A stretch of DNA of 64,000 nt from an uncultured Cytophagales bacterium (GTDB lineage: Bacteria > Bacteroidota > Bacteroidia > Cytophagales > Spirosomataceae), in contig CAZLGW010000020.1 of the NCBI GenBank assembly GCA_964559125.1, positions 9,555 through 73,554 of the forward strand, in the 5' to 3' direction. Numbering within the stretch: position 1 is the first letter of the stretch; each line of letters opens with the position of its first letter. Shown in pieces: positions 28,440-38,221 of this stretch. The notes below the pieces were generated by a model, which saw only the letters and a list, made by a program, of their open reading frames with translations, was not told the DNA's origin and did no database searches. A program made the position numbers and the translations under genes.

Positions 28440-29252
28440 CTATTTTCCGTTATAAGTATTGATCCGGGGTTCTGCAGATGCATTGAATTGGTACGTAGTC
28501 CAGCTGCCGTCTTCCCCGATCTCTACTACCCGGTAACCTTTATAGGTAGTTCCCCAGCTTCCGCCAAAATGGCCGTCGAAGAAATACGGTTTCCCGCCTT
28601 CCGTCTTGACGGAATCCTGGTCGTGATCATGCCCGTGGAATATTCCTTTCAGGTTTTCTGTCGCGCTGAACAACTGCATGAGTTCGGGGCAATCAATGCC
28701 ATGGGTAGTCCATTTGGCCGGGGTAATATGCATAAAGAGGAATATTCCTTTTGCACCGGCGTGTTTTGCCAGCTCCTGCCTGACCCATTCGTAATCAGGG
28801 CATACATATTTACCGGCTTCGTTCGATGTATCGACGAGTATAAATGCATAGTCAGACCATGTGAAGCTGTGATTGGTTTCGTACCCCCATGCACTTTTCC
28901 ATACGTCGAGGCCGACCCGGTCGTGGTTGCCTCTTACGACATGATAGGGGACCTGCAGGGGTTTTATGGCGTTTTTGAAATCAAACAGGAGGTTGGGATT
29001 GTTGTGGATCAGGTCGCCGTTGAGGATTACAAAATCCAGCCCTTTCTGAAATTTTTCCTGGTTGATCCACCTTACGAATTCCCGGTGATTGTTTTCGAAT
29101 GGTGTGTTGGCTTCCCCGTAATGCCCGTCGGAAGCGACGATGAACCGTATGTGCGGCTTTTTCGCTGACGATTTAAAATCATGCAGCGAGGCTGCAGAAA
29201 CTAAGGGTGCGGCGGCTTTTAACCATAACCTGCGTGAAATCTTAGGGTTCAT
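28440..29252 (-). CDS. Tat-exported calcineurin-like metallophosphoesterase
   Basis: SRRLWL Tat signal; SDGH, GDL, GNHD, GHDH motifs. Confidence 0.88.
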   Translation of the reverse strand: MNPKISRRLWLKAAAPLVSAASLHDFKSSAKKPHIRFIVASDGHYGEANTPFENNHREFVRWINQEKFQKGLDFVILNGDLIHNNPNLLFDFKNAIKPLQVPYHVVRGNHDRVGLDVWKSAWGYETNHSFTWSDYAFILVDTSNEAGKYVCPDYEWVRQELAKHAGAKGIFLFMHITPAKWTTHGIDCPELMQLFSATENLKGIFHGHDHDQDSVKTEGGKPYFFDGHFGGSWGTTYKGYRVVEIGEDGSWTTYQFNASAEPRINTYNGK

Positions 29253-29304
29253 CTTAAAAAGCGGGGTAGTTGGTTAACAAAATGTTCTTTTAACAGCGGG
29301 TGAC

Positions 29305-29312
29305 TATATTTG
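29305..29312 (+). promoter_or_regulatory. Bacteroidota sigma-70 -7 box upstream of recX
   Basis: TATATTTG matches TAnnTTTG, 50 nt upstream of the ATG at 29362. Confidence 0.5.
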
Positions 29313-29361
29313 TCTTTGCAAAATAATTAAATTCCGGACTATTCGGAATTTGTCAGGTACA

Positions 29362-29820
29362 ATGGATCCGGTAATCTTTAATAAAGCAGCGGCTTTCTGC
29401 TCCTACCAGGAAAGAAGTCACCAGGAGGTACGGGAGCGTCTGAGGAAGTGGAATGTCTGGGGCGCCGAAGCGGACGAGATCATCGCGGAGCTTATTGCAG
29501 GGAACTATTTATCTGAAGAAAGGTTCGCAAAGGCCTATTCAGGAGGGAAGTCGCGGATGAAACATTGGGGAAGGCTGAAAATAAAGCAGGAATTACAGCG
29601 TCGCGGCGTCAGCGCCTACAGTATAGGGGAGGGAATGAAGGAGATAGGAGAGGAAGAATACCGGGAAGGGTTAAAAAAGTTGCTGGAAAAGAAGGCAGAG
29701 CAGCTTTTGAAGACAGAGGGAGACAGGCTGCAGCTCAGGGCCAGGCTGTTGCGCTTTGCTTTGGGGAAAGGGTATGAGATGGACCTGGTGAGGGAGGTGG
29801 TTGATGAGGCAATGAGATGA
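29362..29820 (+). CDS. recX: Regulatory protein RecX
   Basis: FCSYQERSHQEVRERL, NYLSEERFAKAY, WGRLKIKQEL, ALGKGYE; ATG at 29362 preferred over the track's TTG at 29350. Confidence 0.9.
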   Translation: MDPVIFNKAAAFCSYQERSHQEVRERLRKWNVWGAEADEIIAELIAGNYLSEERFAKAYSGGKSRMKHWGRLKIKQELQRRGVSAYSIGEGMKEIGEEEYREGLKKLLEKKAEQLLKTEGDRLQLRARLLRFALGKGYEMDLVREVVDEAMR

Positions 29821-30719
29821 TGAATAATATGAAATACATATTCCCCAAAGAGATTTGTTCGCTGCTTCTTTTAGCCTGCTTCCAGGTTTGTGCTGCTTAT
29901 GGTCAGGGTGGTATACGGGTAATGCTTATAGACGGGCAGAACAATCACAGTAATATGTTTGACGGCTCGAAGTTTATGAAGCAGGTACTGGAAGAAACGG
30001 GGCTGTTTAAGGTGGATGTCGTTACAACTCCGCCGGCAGGAGGGGATATGACCACCTTTCAGCCTGATTTCAGCCGGTATGATGTTGTGCTGTCCAACTA
30101 TAACGGAGACTCCTGGACTGAACAGACGAAGCTGGCGTTTGAACAATTTGTTGCGGATGGAGGAGGACTGGTGGTGGTCCATGCAGCCGACAATGCCTTC
30201 CCGAAATGGGAGGCATATAACCTTATGATAGGGATAGGAGGCTGGGAGGGACGTGATGAACGTTCCGGTCCCTATCTTTATTTTGACGAAAACAGGAATG
30301 AGTTCGTCCAGGATATTACAAGCGGAAAGGGGGGGAGCCATGGTATACAGCACGAATTCGTAGTTACCACGCGCAATCCGCGCCACCCGATTATGAAGGG
30401 ATTACCGAAAGAGTGGCTGCACCAGAAGGATGAGCTTTACGATAGGCTTCGCGGGCCGGCCAGGAATGTGACTGTTCTGGCAACCGCTCACTCAACTTTA
30501 GAAACCAGGGGATCGGGCAGGCATGAACCTGTCCTGATGACCATCGGGTATGGAAAAGGAAGGATTTTCCATACGACGCTCGGGCACGAAAACTACTCTC
30601 AGAAGTGCGTGGGGTTCATTGTGACACTGCAGAGAGGGACTGAATGGGTTGCGAAGGGCAAAGTGACACAGCCTGTTCCCAAAGACTTCCCGACTAAGGA
30701 TAAAGGTGCCGTCCGATAG
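29817..30719 (+). CDS. ThuA-like domain (class I glutamine-amidotransferase-like fold) secreted protein
   Basis: GGLVVVHAADN, HPIMKGLP...DELY, YGKGRIFHTTLGH; ATGA overlap with recX. Confidence 0.85.
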   Translation: MMNNMKYIFPKEICSLLLLACFQVCAAYGQGGIRVMLIDGQNNHSNMFDGSKFMKQVLEETGLFKVDVVTTPPAGGDMTTFQPDFSRYDVVLSNYNGDSWTEQTKLAFEQFVADGGGLVVVHAADNAFPKWEAYNLMIGIGGWEGRDERSGPYLYFDENRNEFVQDITSGKGGSHGIQHEFVVTTRNPRHPIMKGLPKEWLHQKDELYDRLRGPARNVTVLATAHSTLETRGSGRHEPVLMTIGYGKGRIFHTTLGHENYSQKCVGFIVTLQRGTEWVAKGKVTQPVPKDFPTKDKGAVR

Positions 30720-30734
30720 AATTCAGCATGTTTT

Positions 30735-31844
30735 TTACATCGCGTTTCCGATCAGGCTCTTCATAGTGACGGGTCCGAGGCAATTGTTAGCCCTCAGGCT
30801 TCCGGAAGTATCGGTGGTGATCTGGTTCAGACCTTCGTTAAACTTCGTAAGCCAGACCATCCGGCCGTCACAGGTCCAGTGTGAATCGCTGTGGAGGAAT
30901 GAATTTTTTCCCATAACCCTGTACTCATCAATTACGCTGACGTAGGGAACCTCCAGGTCGGGATGGGACTGTACCCGCTCGATAAGCCGGTTATACACGC
31001 CGTAATCGGGCATCACGATCGTAGATTTATTGGGGATTACCGCGAAAATGAGGTGGTCAAACCCCATGTCGAGCAGGGTTTCCCTTGTTTGATTCAGAGA
31101 GTTGACAACCGAATCGATCCTGGCGTCGGATATCCTCGAAAACCCGGATGTTTGCGGGAAGTTGAGGCTGTCGGTATCGAGATAATACACGATACTGCTG
31201 CCGTCTTTGGAAATGGTCACGCTATGTTCGGTACGGTCAAAGACGTGGTAGTTGAATGCAGACTTTAATTCCCTGGATTTCATCCCGACGGTACTACCGG
31301 TCAAAAGCAGGTCGATCTGGCCGCCCACCCTGCTTGAACTCATGAAATTGTCGAGCCTGGCCATCCAACTTTTTTTTTCCTCCCATTTTTCTAAAAAATT
31401 TGCCGTGTCGGGTATAAAATAAAAAGAAGGCGGGGTTTCGAAGTGTTGCCTGAAGTGCCTTTCTACGCTCTCCATCAGTACGATATTGGTAGCGGACGTA
31501 TCCAGCTTGAAATGCATGAAATTCCCCCACTTCATGAAGTGGTACCGATCGGCTATAAAATCGGAACTGTCGACCCGTTGAGGCTCCAGGAAGCTGTCGC
31601 CGAGGACATACAAATGAATAGGGCGGGGAGATTGCTTTGAAACGGTAAGCCTGCTCTCGCATTTTACCATTTCTTCCTTGAATTCGGGTAGATGCGCGAG
31701 GCTGAAAAAGTCGCCATAGCGATATTCGTCGTGTATGATGCCCCAGCGGTAAAAGTAAGGATAGACGGTATCAAAGTCCGAAAGTCCGAGACCCCAGATT
31801 ATTGAAAAAATGACAACTACCGTTATTTTTAAGGCTTTCTTCAT
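30735..31844 (-). CDS. SGNH-like / AlgJ-AlgX-like O-acetyltransferase or esterase, membrane anchored
   Basis: N-terminal transmembrane segment; LGDSF nucleophile motif and DSHW Asp-x-His motif; IPNKSTI. Confidence 0.6.
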   Translation of the reverse strand: MKKALKITVVVIFSIIWGLGLSDFDTVYPYFYRWGIIHDEYRYGDFFSLAHLPEFKEEMVKCESRLTVSKQSPRPIHLYVLGDSFLEPQRVDSSDFIADRYHFMKWGNFMHFKLDTSATNIVLMESVERHFRQHFETPPSFYFIPDTANFLEKWEEKKSWMARLDNFMSSSRVGGQIDLLLTGSTVGMKSRELKSAFNYHVFDRTEHSVTISKDGSSIVYYLDTDSLNFPQTSGFSRISDARIDSVVNSLNQTRETLLDMGFDHLIFAVIPNKSTIVMPDYGVYNRLIERVQSHPDLEVPYVSVIDEYRVMGKNSFLHSDSHWTCDGRMVWLTKFNEGLNQITTDTSGSLRANNCLGPVTMKSLIGNAM

Positions 31845-34516
31845 AGTTTGACGGACCAGATCTGGATCTTGTCTTCTGCCTGGCTGAAAATACTCAGCTC
31901 TTTCCTTGCCCCTTCATAATTGATGCCTAAAGCGCCCCGGCAGGGAATCGGCCTATCGCCTACCCGGTTTCCATTAAAGTCAAAAATAGAAATAAATCCG
32001 GCGGATACGACCGAGATGAAGCGGTTATCACTGCCAAAATAATGATAACGGATGGTGAAATCAGGCCTAAGACCGACGATTTCAAAAATCTCCTTGCCGT
32101 CTTTGCTTAGTATGGCAGCTTTGCCGGATGTCTGGCGCAGCATAAGCCAGTCAAGGTTATTTTCATCATATAAGGTCCTGAAAGTGGGGCCGGCCTCCGG
32201 CAGCAGGAGTTGTTTTCTCGTTTTAAGCTGCCCGTTGAGGTCTATCTGTGTAAGCTCGCCCTGGCGGTTGACACCCGCAATTTCAATCTCTCCCGTAGAC
32301 GGGTTCTGCACCGGGGCAAAGGGACCGCTGATACCTGACAGCATGTCTACCGGGAACCCGGGAAGTAATTTCCCGTTTTCATCCAATACAAAGATTTTCC
32401 CGTTTCTTTGGGTGGCGATATACAGGTTGGAATTCCCCTTCGCAAACGACACTACCGGGCTGAGGAGATTATCGAAATTGGTCCTTAGGTTGAGCTTTGA
32501 CGGCGCTGCGCCTGCCGTTTTCCAGGTATAGAGATTTTGGTCGCTTCCCTTGAGAACAAAGCTGGCGCCGCTTTCCAGCGAATGGCTGATCCGGTAAAGG
32601 GAGTTGGTCGGAGAAACAGACGGCTTTGACAGAAGTGTAAAGACACCGTTTTCGTCTTCATCGAGCACATAAAGGAACCGGGCTGTACTCACGATCCGCT
32701 GTGGGCGGCCGATATTTAAAAAGTCGGCCTTGAAAGCCCGTCCGATCATCGGACCGTCAAGCTGGGCAAGTATCCGGGGCTTTCCTGAAGCGCCGTTGTC
32801 TATCCCGATCAGTTGGTGCGATTGATTGGTAAGGATGATCTCCGAAGTTCCGGCTCCCGGATCAGACATTACAGAAAATACAGCGGGAAATTCATCTTTC
32901 CATTCGAAGTCGGCTTTTAGCTCGGTTTCATTTTTTGTCCTGGAGCTGACCGCGTAATTTAAAGCCAGGCTTAAATCTGCGTACCGGCCCTTCTGGCTAT
33001 ATGCGATCTGGGTAGTGGCGATCTGGTCGAGGCTCGACTTAAGGGTTGTCCTGTTAAGGACTGATCCTGCCCTGGCCTTGCTCATATTGGTGATGAGTGA
33101 GAGCTGGGCATCAGTATTTTTTTCGAACAGGGCGCTGTCCAGGTCCGGAGAGTGAGCCCAGGTAAGCAGGTTTTCATAGTCGATCAGGTAGTTTTGTATG
33201 GCCTGCGGGCTGTTTCCTACGATGAGGTAGGGAGCGATATAGCTAAGATAGGATTCGCGGAACCCCTTGAAAACAGGCCCGAAAAACGCCTCCATCAGGT
33301 CGGGTATCAATATAGGGTATACCTCGTAGCCCTGGAAAAAAGTAGTTTTCGTTGATCCGTTGCTTGTCTTGTCTGCTATCTGCCGGATCGCCGGCTTCAC
33401 TTTTTCAAAATCATCGTACCTGACCAGCATTATTTTGCTGTCGCTGATTCCACCGCTGCTTTCATTAATGCACAGGATCACTTCCGGGCCGATTTCACGG
33501 AGAAAGGTGTCTTTCGATTTCCCGGCAAGCTGGTCGAACCGGGTAAGGGCCGGAAGCGACTGGTGTTCTTTAATCCATTTCCGCAGCGCCGGGTTGAATT
33601 TATCCGCCTTTTCAACTGCGAGCCTGATCAGATGGGTAGTTTGCTGGGAAATATAGCCCGCGCCGGTAAAGGGAACTCCTCCCTGGTTACTGAGAAGTGA
33701 ATAGTAGGGATTTTCCCGCGCGTCGATGTCTTCCGACTCCATAACAAGCCTGCCCGGGGAAGAAGGGGGCGCCAGGTGGATGCCGTGCCGGCCGGGTAAG
33801 ATATCCAGGAATGCCGAAACATTGGGGTGAATACCCTCGGGGAATACGAATCCGCGCCAGGCCGCTCCATTGGCATAAATGCTCAGGTCGTGCTTTCCTT
33901 CCGGGAGCGTGATTTCCTTCATAGAATTTTCGCCCGACCGGCTGCCACCCGATCTGGCATTCCTGATCACATCCTCGATCAACTCTCCATACTGGCTGAT
34001 GATCAGGTAGTTGTTTTTCAGGATATACGAAAACAACGCTTCCGATCGCTGGTTGGAAATGTCGGTAATGATATGTCCCTGGAAATTGTGAGAGCTGACC
34101 CTCAAAGAGCTGTCTTTAGGATTATTCAGCCATTTTTCTTCCAGCTCGCTTTTTACAGGCAGGTACATGACAATACCCAGCCTGCCCCCTGCGAGCGGGT
34201 GAAAGGCATAAGTAATCGTTTTGCTTTTGAGAAAAGTGTAGATCTGCGCCTCGTCCCCGCTGAACCATCTCATCAGGGAAAGATTACCGGCAGCGAGGGA
34301 AATCAGCGGCAGATCGCGATAAGCCGAACTAAACGTATCGCCTGCCGGCGTACCGGCAGCGTCGTACTGATCCTGAAGCTTATCTGAAGAGACGACAACG
34401 GTCGCAGAGTCCGGGATATAATTCCATACTTCAGGCGGTCTCGAACCAAACCATCTATACCCCAGATAGCCCGCAACAACAACCAGTATCAGGAACAGGA
34501 TCGGACGTATTCTCAA
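31841..34516 (-). CDS. Large membrane-anchored hypothetical protein (DUF3352-like N-part, C-terminal beta-propeller-like region)
   Basis: 891 aa ORF, N-terminal transmembrane segment, WNYIPDSATVV; 4-nt overlap with the downstream gene. Confidence 0.55.
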   Translation of the reverse strand: MRIRPILFLILVVVAGYLGYRWFGSRPPEVWNYIPDSATVVVSSDKLQDQYDAAGTPAGDTFSSAYRDLPLISLAAGNLSLMRWFSGDEAQIYTFLKSKTITYAFHPLAGGRLGIVMYLPVKSELEEKWLNNPKDSSLRVSSHNFQGHIITDISNQRSEALFSYILKNNYLIISQYGELIEDVIRNARSGGSRSGENSMKEITLPEGKHDLSIYANGAAWRGFVFPEGIHPNVSAFLDILPGRHGIHLAPPSSPGRLVMESEDIDARENPYYSLLSNQGGVPFTGAGYISQQTTHLIRLAVEKADKFNPALRKWIKEHQSLPALTRFDQLAGKSKDTFLREIGPEVILCINESSGGISDSKIMLVRYDDFEKVKPAIRQIADKTSNGSTKTTFFQGYEVYPILIPDLMEAFFGPVFKGFRESYLSYIAPYLIVGNSPQAIQNYLIDYENLLTWAHSPDLDSALFEKNTDAQLSLITNMSKARAGSVLNRTTLKSSLDQIATTQIAYSQKGRYADLSLALNYAVSSRTKNETELKADFEWKDEFPAVFSVMSDPGAGTSEIILTNQSHQLIGIDNGASGKPRILAQLDGPMIGRAFKADFLNIGRPQRIVSTARFLYVLDEDENGVFTLLSKPSVSPTNSLYRISHSLESGASFVLKGSDQNLYTWKTAGAAPSKLNLRTNFDNLLSPVVSFAKGNSNLYIATQRNGKIFVLDENGKLLPGFPVDMLSGISGPFAPVQNPSTGEIEIAGVNRQGELTQIDLNGQLKTRKQLLLPEAGPTFRTLYDENNLDWLMLRQTSGKAAILSKDGKEIFEIVGLRPDFTIRYHYFGSDNRFISVVSAGFISIFDFNGNRVGDRPIPCRGALGINYEGARKELSIFSQAEDKIQIWSVKL

Positions 34517-34553
34517 GGTAACACTGCTTATGTATTACAAGTTTTCGAGCGTT

Positions 34554-35300
34554 TTAAGCACTCTTGATAGCCCTGATTTTGCTATTGAGCTCAAGCCTGA
34601 AATTCAGAAGTTCCCTGAAGCTCCTGATGCATACTTTCCAAAGGTTCCATTTCACTATCGATACGGTACCCGAAACACGCTCCCGGTGAGTAATAGGAAT
34701 ATCGAAGAGTTCCTGCCCCGATTTTTTAGCCATTACCGCCAGGAAAATATTAGGCGCAAAGGGCGGGGGATCGGGAAGCTGGTCCATCAATTTCTGAAGA
34801 AATGTTCCTTTGATCAGTCTGAAAGGAATATTGCTGTCCAGAATAAAGGTGCCGTATACCAACGAGATCGTACTCCGCAGGAACCTGGTGATGAAGAGGC
34901 GGACTTTAGCATCGTGCCTGATTTCGCGGTACCCGAGAATAAATTCGGACTGATTACGCTTTTGCCAGAGTTTATCGAAATCATCCGTTACGAACTGGTC
35001 ATCGCTATCGGTCTGAAAGACATATTCGGAACCGAGCTTCAATGCCGTTTTATAGCCGTTAACGACGGCATTACCGTGCCCGCCGTTTTTCTGGTGAACG
35101 ACCGTCAGGCGATCGTTCCCGGTTTTCAGTTTATCCAGGATTTCCCCTGTTTTGTCTTTAGAGCCATCGTTAATAACGATCAGCGTCGTATTTTCATCTG
35201 GAAATTTATCCTTTAAAAAGCCTGTCCAACTGCCTACAACCTGCTCGATACAATCTTCCTCGTTATAGGCCGGCATTACGATACTCAAGAAAAAAGACAT
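34554..35300 (-). CDS. Glycosyltransferase family 2 (polyprenol-phosphate glycosyltransferase/DPM1-like)
   Basis: SIVMPAYNEE, VINDGSKD, NGGHGNAV, QTDSDDQF. Confidence 0.9.
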   Translation of the reverse strand: MSFFLSIVMPAYNEEDCIEQVVGSWTGFLKDKFPDENTTLIVINDGSKDKTGEILDKLKTGNDRLTVVHQKNGGHGNAVVNGYKTALKLGSEYVFQTDSDDQFVTDDFDKLWQKRNQSEFILGYREIRHDAKVRLFITRFLRSTISLVYGTFILDSNIPFRLIKGTFLQKLMDQLPDPPPFAPNIFLAVMAKKSGQELFDIPITHRERVSGTVSIVKWNLWKVCIRSFRELLNFRLELNSKIRAIKSA

Positions 35301-35374
35301 GAATAGGAAAAATTATAAAAATTACATTTTCAAAATTACACAGAATATCCAGATTTGCCAATCGGCGTCTGTCG

Positions 35375-36496
35375 CTAAGTCAATTTATCTTTCAGGTCGT
35401 TAATGGGCTTTTCCATCAGGTACCAGGAAAGAGTAGCCACTATTACCGTCAGCGAAAAAAAGAACAGCGATTCAAAAAGGAGGTTATGGGCTACAGCCGG
35501 AACGAACTGTTCGATTTTGCGAAGGAGCCGGAGCGTAGGGTGATTCGGCGGACTATGGAAGTGATTGTAGACAAGGTTATGATAAGCATAAAGCCCGTAG
35601 CTGATCTTGCCGAGATACAGAACAACCCGGTTTTCGAGGAAAGCCTTCATGAATCCGCCGTAGCCGAGCACCCCCTTCCCGATCAGGAAAAAACAGAATA
35701 CCGAGCCGGCCAGCCTTTCCCATACGTCGGTTGCTATATTCTTATGCTCGGGAAAAGTTTTTGACCAGTAAATCACGCCCGCCCAGAGAAGGAGCCCCAG
35801 CACTACCAGATAACCGCGGCTGAACACCTTTCGGTACTGCTCAGGCCGGAACAGAAGCAGCCAGGCCATAAAAGCCCCCAGGCCGAACGAGTCGAGGCAG
35901 GCCGGCATCGAGACATAGTTGACAATCCAGCTGTAACCCGAAAGGAAAAAGTACAGCCGGAACAGGATACTGCCCGCAAGCATCGCCACGAAAGTAGGGA
36001 CAAGCCATTTCCTGGGTACAAAGAAAATAACCAGCGGGAAAATGATATAGAACTGTTCTTCGACGGAAAGCGACCAGAAATGATCTACTACGCCCATCCA
36101 GGTCTGGTTAATCGCCATATACAGATTGGATCCGTAAAGAAGAAACCAGCCGATCTTTTCCCTGACGGGAGGGACGTTGAAAATGAACAGGAGGAGAATG
36201 CAGAGGTAGTAGACAGGGAAAATACGGAGGGTACGCCGGATGAAAAACCTTTTGAAATAGTCCCTGAACCCCCCGTCGGTTCCCCTGAACTTATCGCTGC
36301 TGGTGATGAGGATGCGGGTAATGAGGAATCCGCTCAATACGAAAAACAGGTTAACCCCCAGCGGGCCAAAAGGGATTTTGTTGATGGCTGCTGTAAAGTG
36401 GTCTGCCAGAACGAGGGCAATGGCAACAAAACGGAGGCCGTCCAGCTGGATAAGGTAGCTGTTGGTATGTTGTTTTTGCAATGGGTTTGCGGCCAT
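35375..36496 (-). CDS. Acyltransferase family 3 (membrane O-acyltransferase, OafA-like transmembrane domain)
   Basis: LDGLRFVA, GVNLFFVLSGFLIT, RRTLRIFPVYY, HFWSLSVEEQFY, LGKISYGLY. Confidence 0.92.
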   Translation of the reverse strand: MAANPLQKQHTNSYLIQLDGLRFVAIALVLADHFTAAINKIPFGPLGVNLFFVLSGFLITRILITSSDKFRGTDGGFRDYFKRFFIRRTLRIFPVYYLCILLLFIFNVPPVREKIGWFLLYGSNLYMAINQTWMGVVDHFWSLSVEEQFYIIFPLVIFFVPRKWLVPTFVAMLAGSILFRLYFFLSGYSWIVNYVSMPACLDSFGLGAFMAWLLLFRPEQYRKVFSRGYLVVLGLLLWAGVIYWSKTFPEHKNIATDVWERLAGSVFCFFLIGKGVLGYGGFMKAFLENRVVLYLGKISYGLYAYHNLVYNHFHSPPNHPTLRLLRKIEQFVPAVAHNLLFESLFFFSLTVIVATLSWYLMEKPINDLKDKLT

Positions 36497-36514
36497 AAGC
36501 GCTTTGCTGTATAA

Positions 36515-38221
36515 CTACCAGTTAGTTTTAATTCCTTCAGTTCGCACGAATTCAGGTATCATCAGCGAATCTCTGTACATCACGATGCCGGTGCTGTCCC
36601 CTTTTTGTAAGACCATGGCGTAGCGGTAGCTGCCGGGCCGGAGTCCCAACTCATCGAATGCATGTTCCGAGGAGAACCCGGGCGCGAAGTATTGCTGACG
36701 GAAAAACAACTGCTTCCGGTTCCGGTTTCTCTCGCGGAAGGTCGGGAGCAGGAAGTACCGGTCACTGTTGCTTAAAAGCAGGTATACGCCGCTGTCCTGA
36801 AGGCGCTGGCTCTGATAATTATTATTTATGATGGAAATCCTGTTTTCGCCGGCCGATACCTGCGTATCCCGCACCAACTCGCTGACATAAGAAAGATTGC
36901 CGGAAACAGTCGAATCTGTAAGGTTAGGAACGAGGGGAAGCCAGCGTTCGTAAAATAACGAAGGCCTGGCTACGAGTCCGCGGCTTATGGAAGTATCGGC
37001 GGTAAAGGGATTGAGGGCTTTGTTATCGTAGACCGAGTTGAAATAGGACGTTACCATAAACTTTCGCAGGTTATAGGCGTCCACCAGGTAATAGTGATAG
37101 GAGAATACGTTGAATAGGAGGCACAGCGCGGCCACTCCCGAAACATACGGATGATAAAAGCTTCCCCTGATAGGAATTACGATAAAGAGATAGGCGGTAA
37201 TGAGCAGCAGGAAGGAGTAGATTTTATACCGGCTTGTAAGCAGAACTTCCAGGCCGGAGCCCGCACGTCCCCCAACCACGACCGCAGCGGTACCGAGAAT
37301 AAAAAGCATGATGCCCAGGCAGAAAGCATCCGTTATCTTGGCATAAGGCTCGGCATATTGGTTGCGGATCAGGCGGAATAAAGTGGTGGAGACGATAGAA
37401 ATACTGACGAGAAAAAGGATAAAGCCGAAGACAACGCTGGTGTCCTGCCTGCCTTTAACAGGGAATACTTCTGCAAAAGACCCGATAAAGGCCATAAATC
37501 CTTTTGTCAGCGTCCATACGCCGGCCGGTACTTTTGCATTGTAGTCGGGCTGGTGATAGGAAGCAAAATAAAGTACGAGCACAAGAACGACGGATGCCGC
37601 GGCGATGATCCCCTTTTTATTCTCATGCGAAAGGAAAAGCACAAGGGTTATGATGGGGAGGATCAGCAGTCCGTTCCCGCTGGAAAAAGCGGACAATGCG
37701 GCGGCCAGGATACCGGCTGCATAATATCCCCAGGGACCTTTCAGGCACCAGTATACCGCCAGCGCTCCGAGTGTCACTACCCCGAAATTCTGGATGGAAG
37801 CCATTCCCCAGTACATATTTTCCCAATGCGCCAGGGTAGGCCAGATCAGCGCTACGGGAACAAGCGCGAAAAGGGTCTTATCATTGTGTTTCAGCAGTCT
37901 CCACCATAATATGATCACACTGAGCAGCAACAGGTTACCCGCAAACATCAGGTGACGATAGTCGAGCTGCCCATACCGGGAATAGTCGAGAATGGCGATA
38001 AGCCTGGTCAGGAAGATGCGATGCTCATTGTGCTGCGCGCTCAATACGCGGAATACGTCAGAAAGACTGTCGGAGGCTATATAGTCCAGAAGAGTCCTTT
38101 TTAGCGCATGATCGTCCCATTTGGCGATATTGACCGCATAGTAGTCCCACACCCGCAGATATACCGCTACCGGGAGAAGAACCGCGACCAGGACGATTAT
38201 AAAAAGCGAGCGCTTAGGCAT
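36515..38221 (-). CDS. Polytopic membrane protein, GT-C-fold glycosyltransferase-like
   Basis: About 10-11 hydrophobic segments; acidic WDDH motif just after the first helix, then QHNEHR; SRY in a late loop; soluble C-terminal domain. Confidence 0.5.
   Translation of the reverse strand: MPKRSLFIIVLVAVLLPVAVYLRVWDYYAVNIAKWDDHALKRTLLDYIASDSLSDVFRVLSAQHNEHRIFLTRLIAILDYSRYGQLDYRHLMFAGNLLLLSVIILWWRLLKHNDKTLFALVPVALIWPTLAHWENMYWGMASIQNFGVVTLGALAVYWCLKGPWGYYAAGILAAALSAFSSGNGLLILPIITLVLFLSHENKKGIIAAASVVLVLVLYFASYHQPDYNAKVPAGVWTLTKGFMAFIGSFAEVFPVKGRQDTSVVFGFILFLVSISIVSTTLFRLIRNQYAEPYAKITDAFCLGIMLFILGTAAVVVGGRAGSGLEVLLTSRYKIYSFLLLITAYLFIVIPIRGSFYHPYVSGVAALCLLFNVFSYHYYLVDAYNLRKFMVTSYFNSVYDNKALNPFTADTSISRGLVARPSLFYERWLPLVPNLTDSTVSGNLSYVSELVRDTQVSAGENRISIINNNYQSQRLQDSGVYLLLSNSDRYFLLPTFRERNRNRKQLFFRQQYFAPGFSSEHAFDELGLRPGSYRYAMVLQKGDSTGIVMYRDSLMIPEFVRTEGIKTNW

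Noticed and set aside
35308-35340. AAAATTAY short repeats upstream of the GT2 gene
   Set aside because: Three imperfect copies in AT-rich DNA; cannot be distinguished from chance
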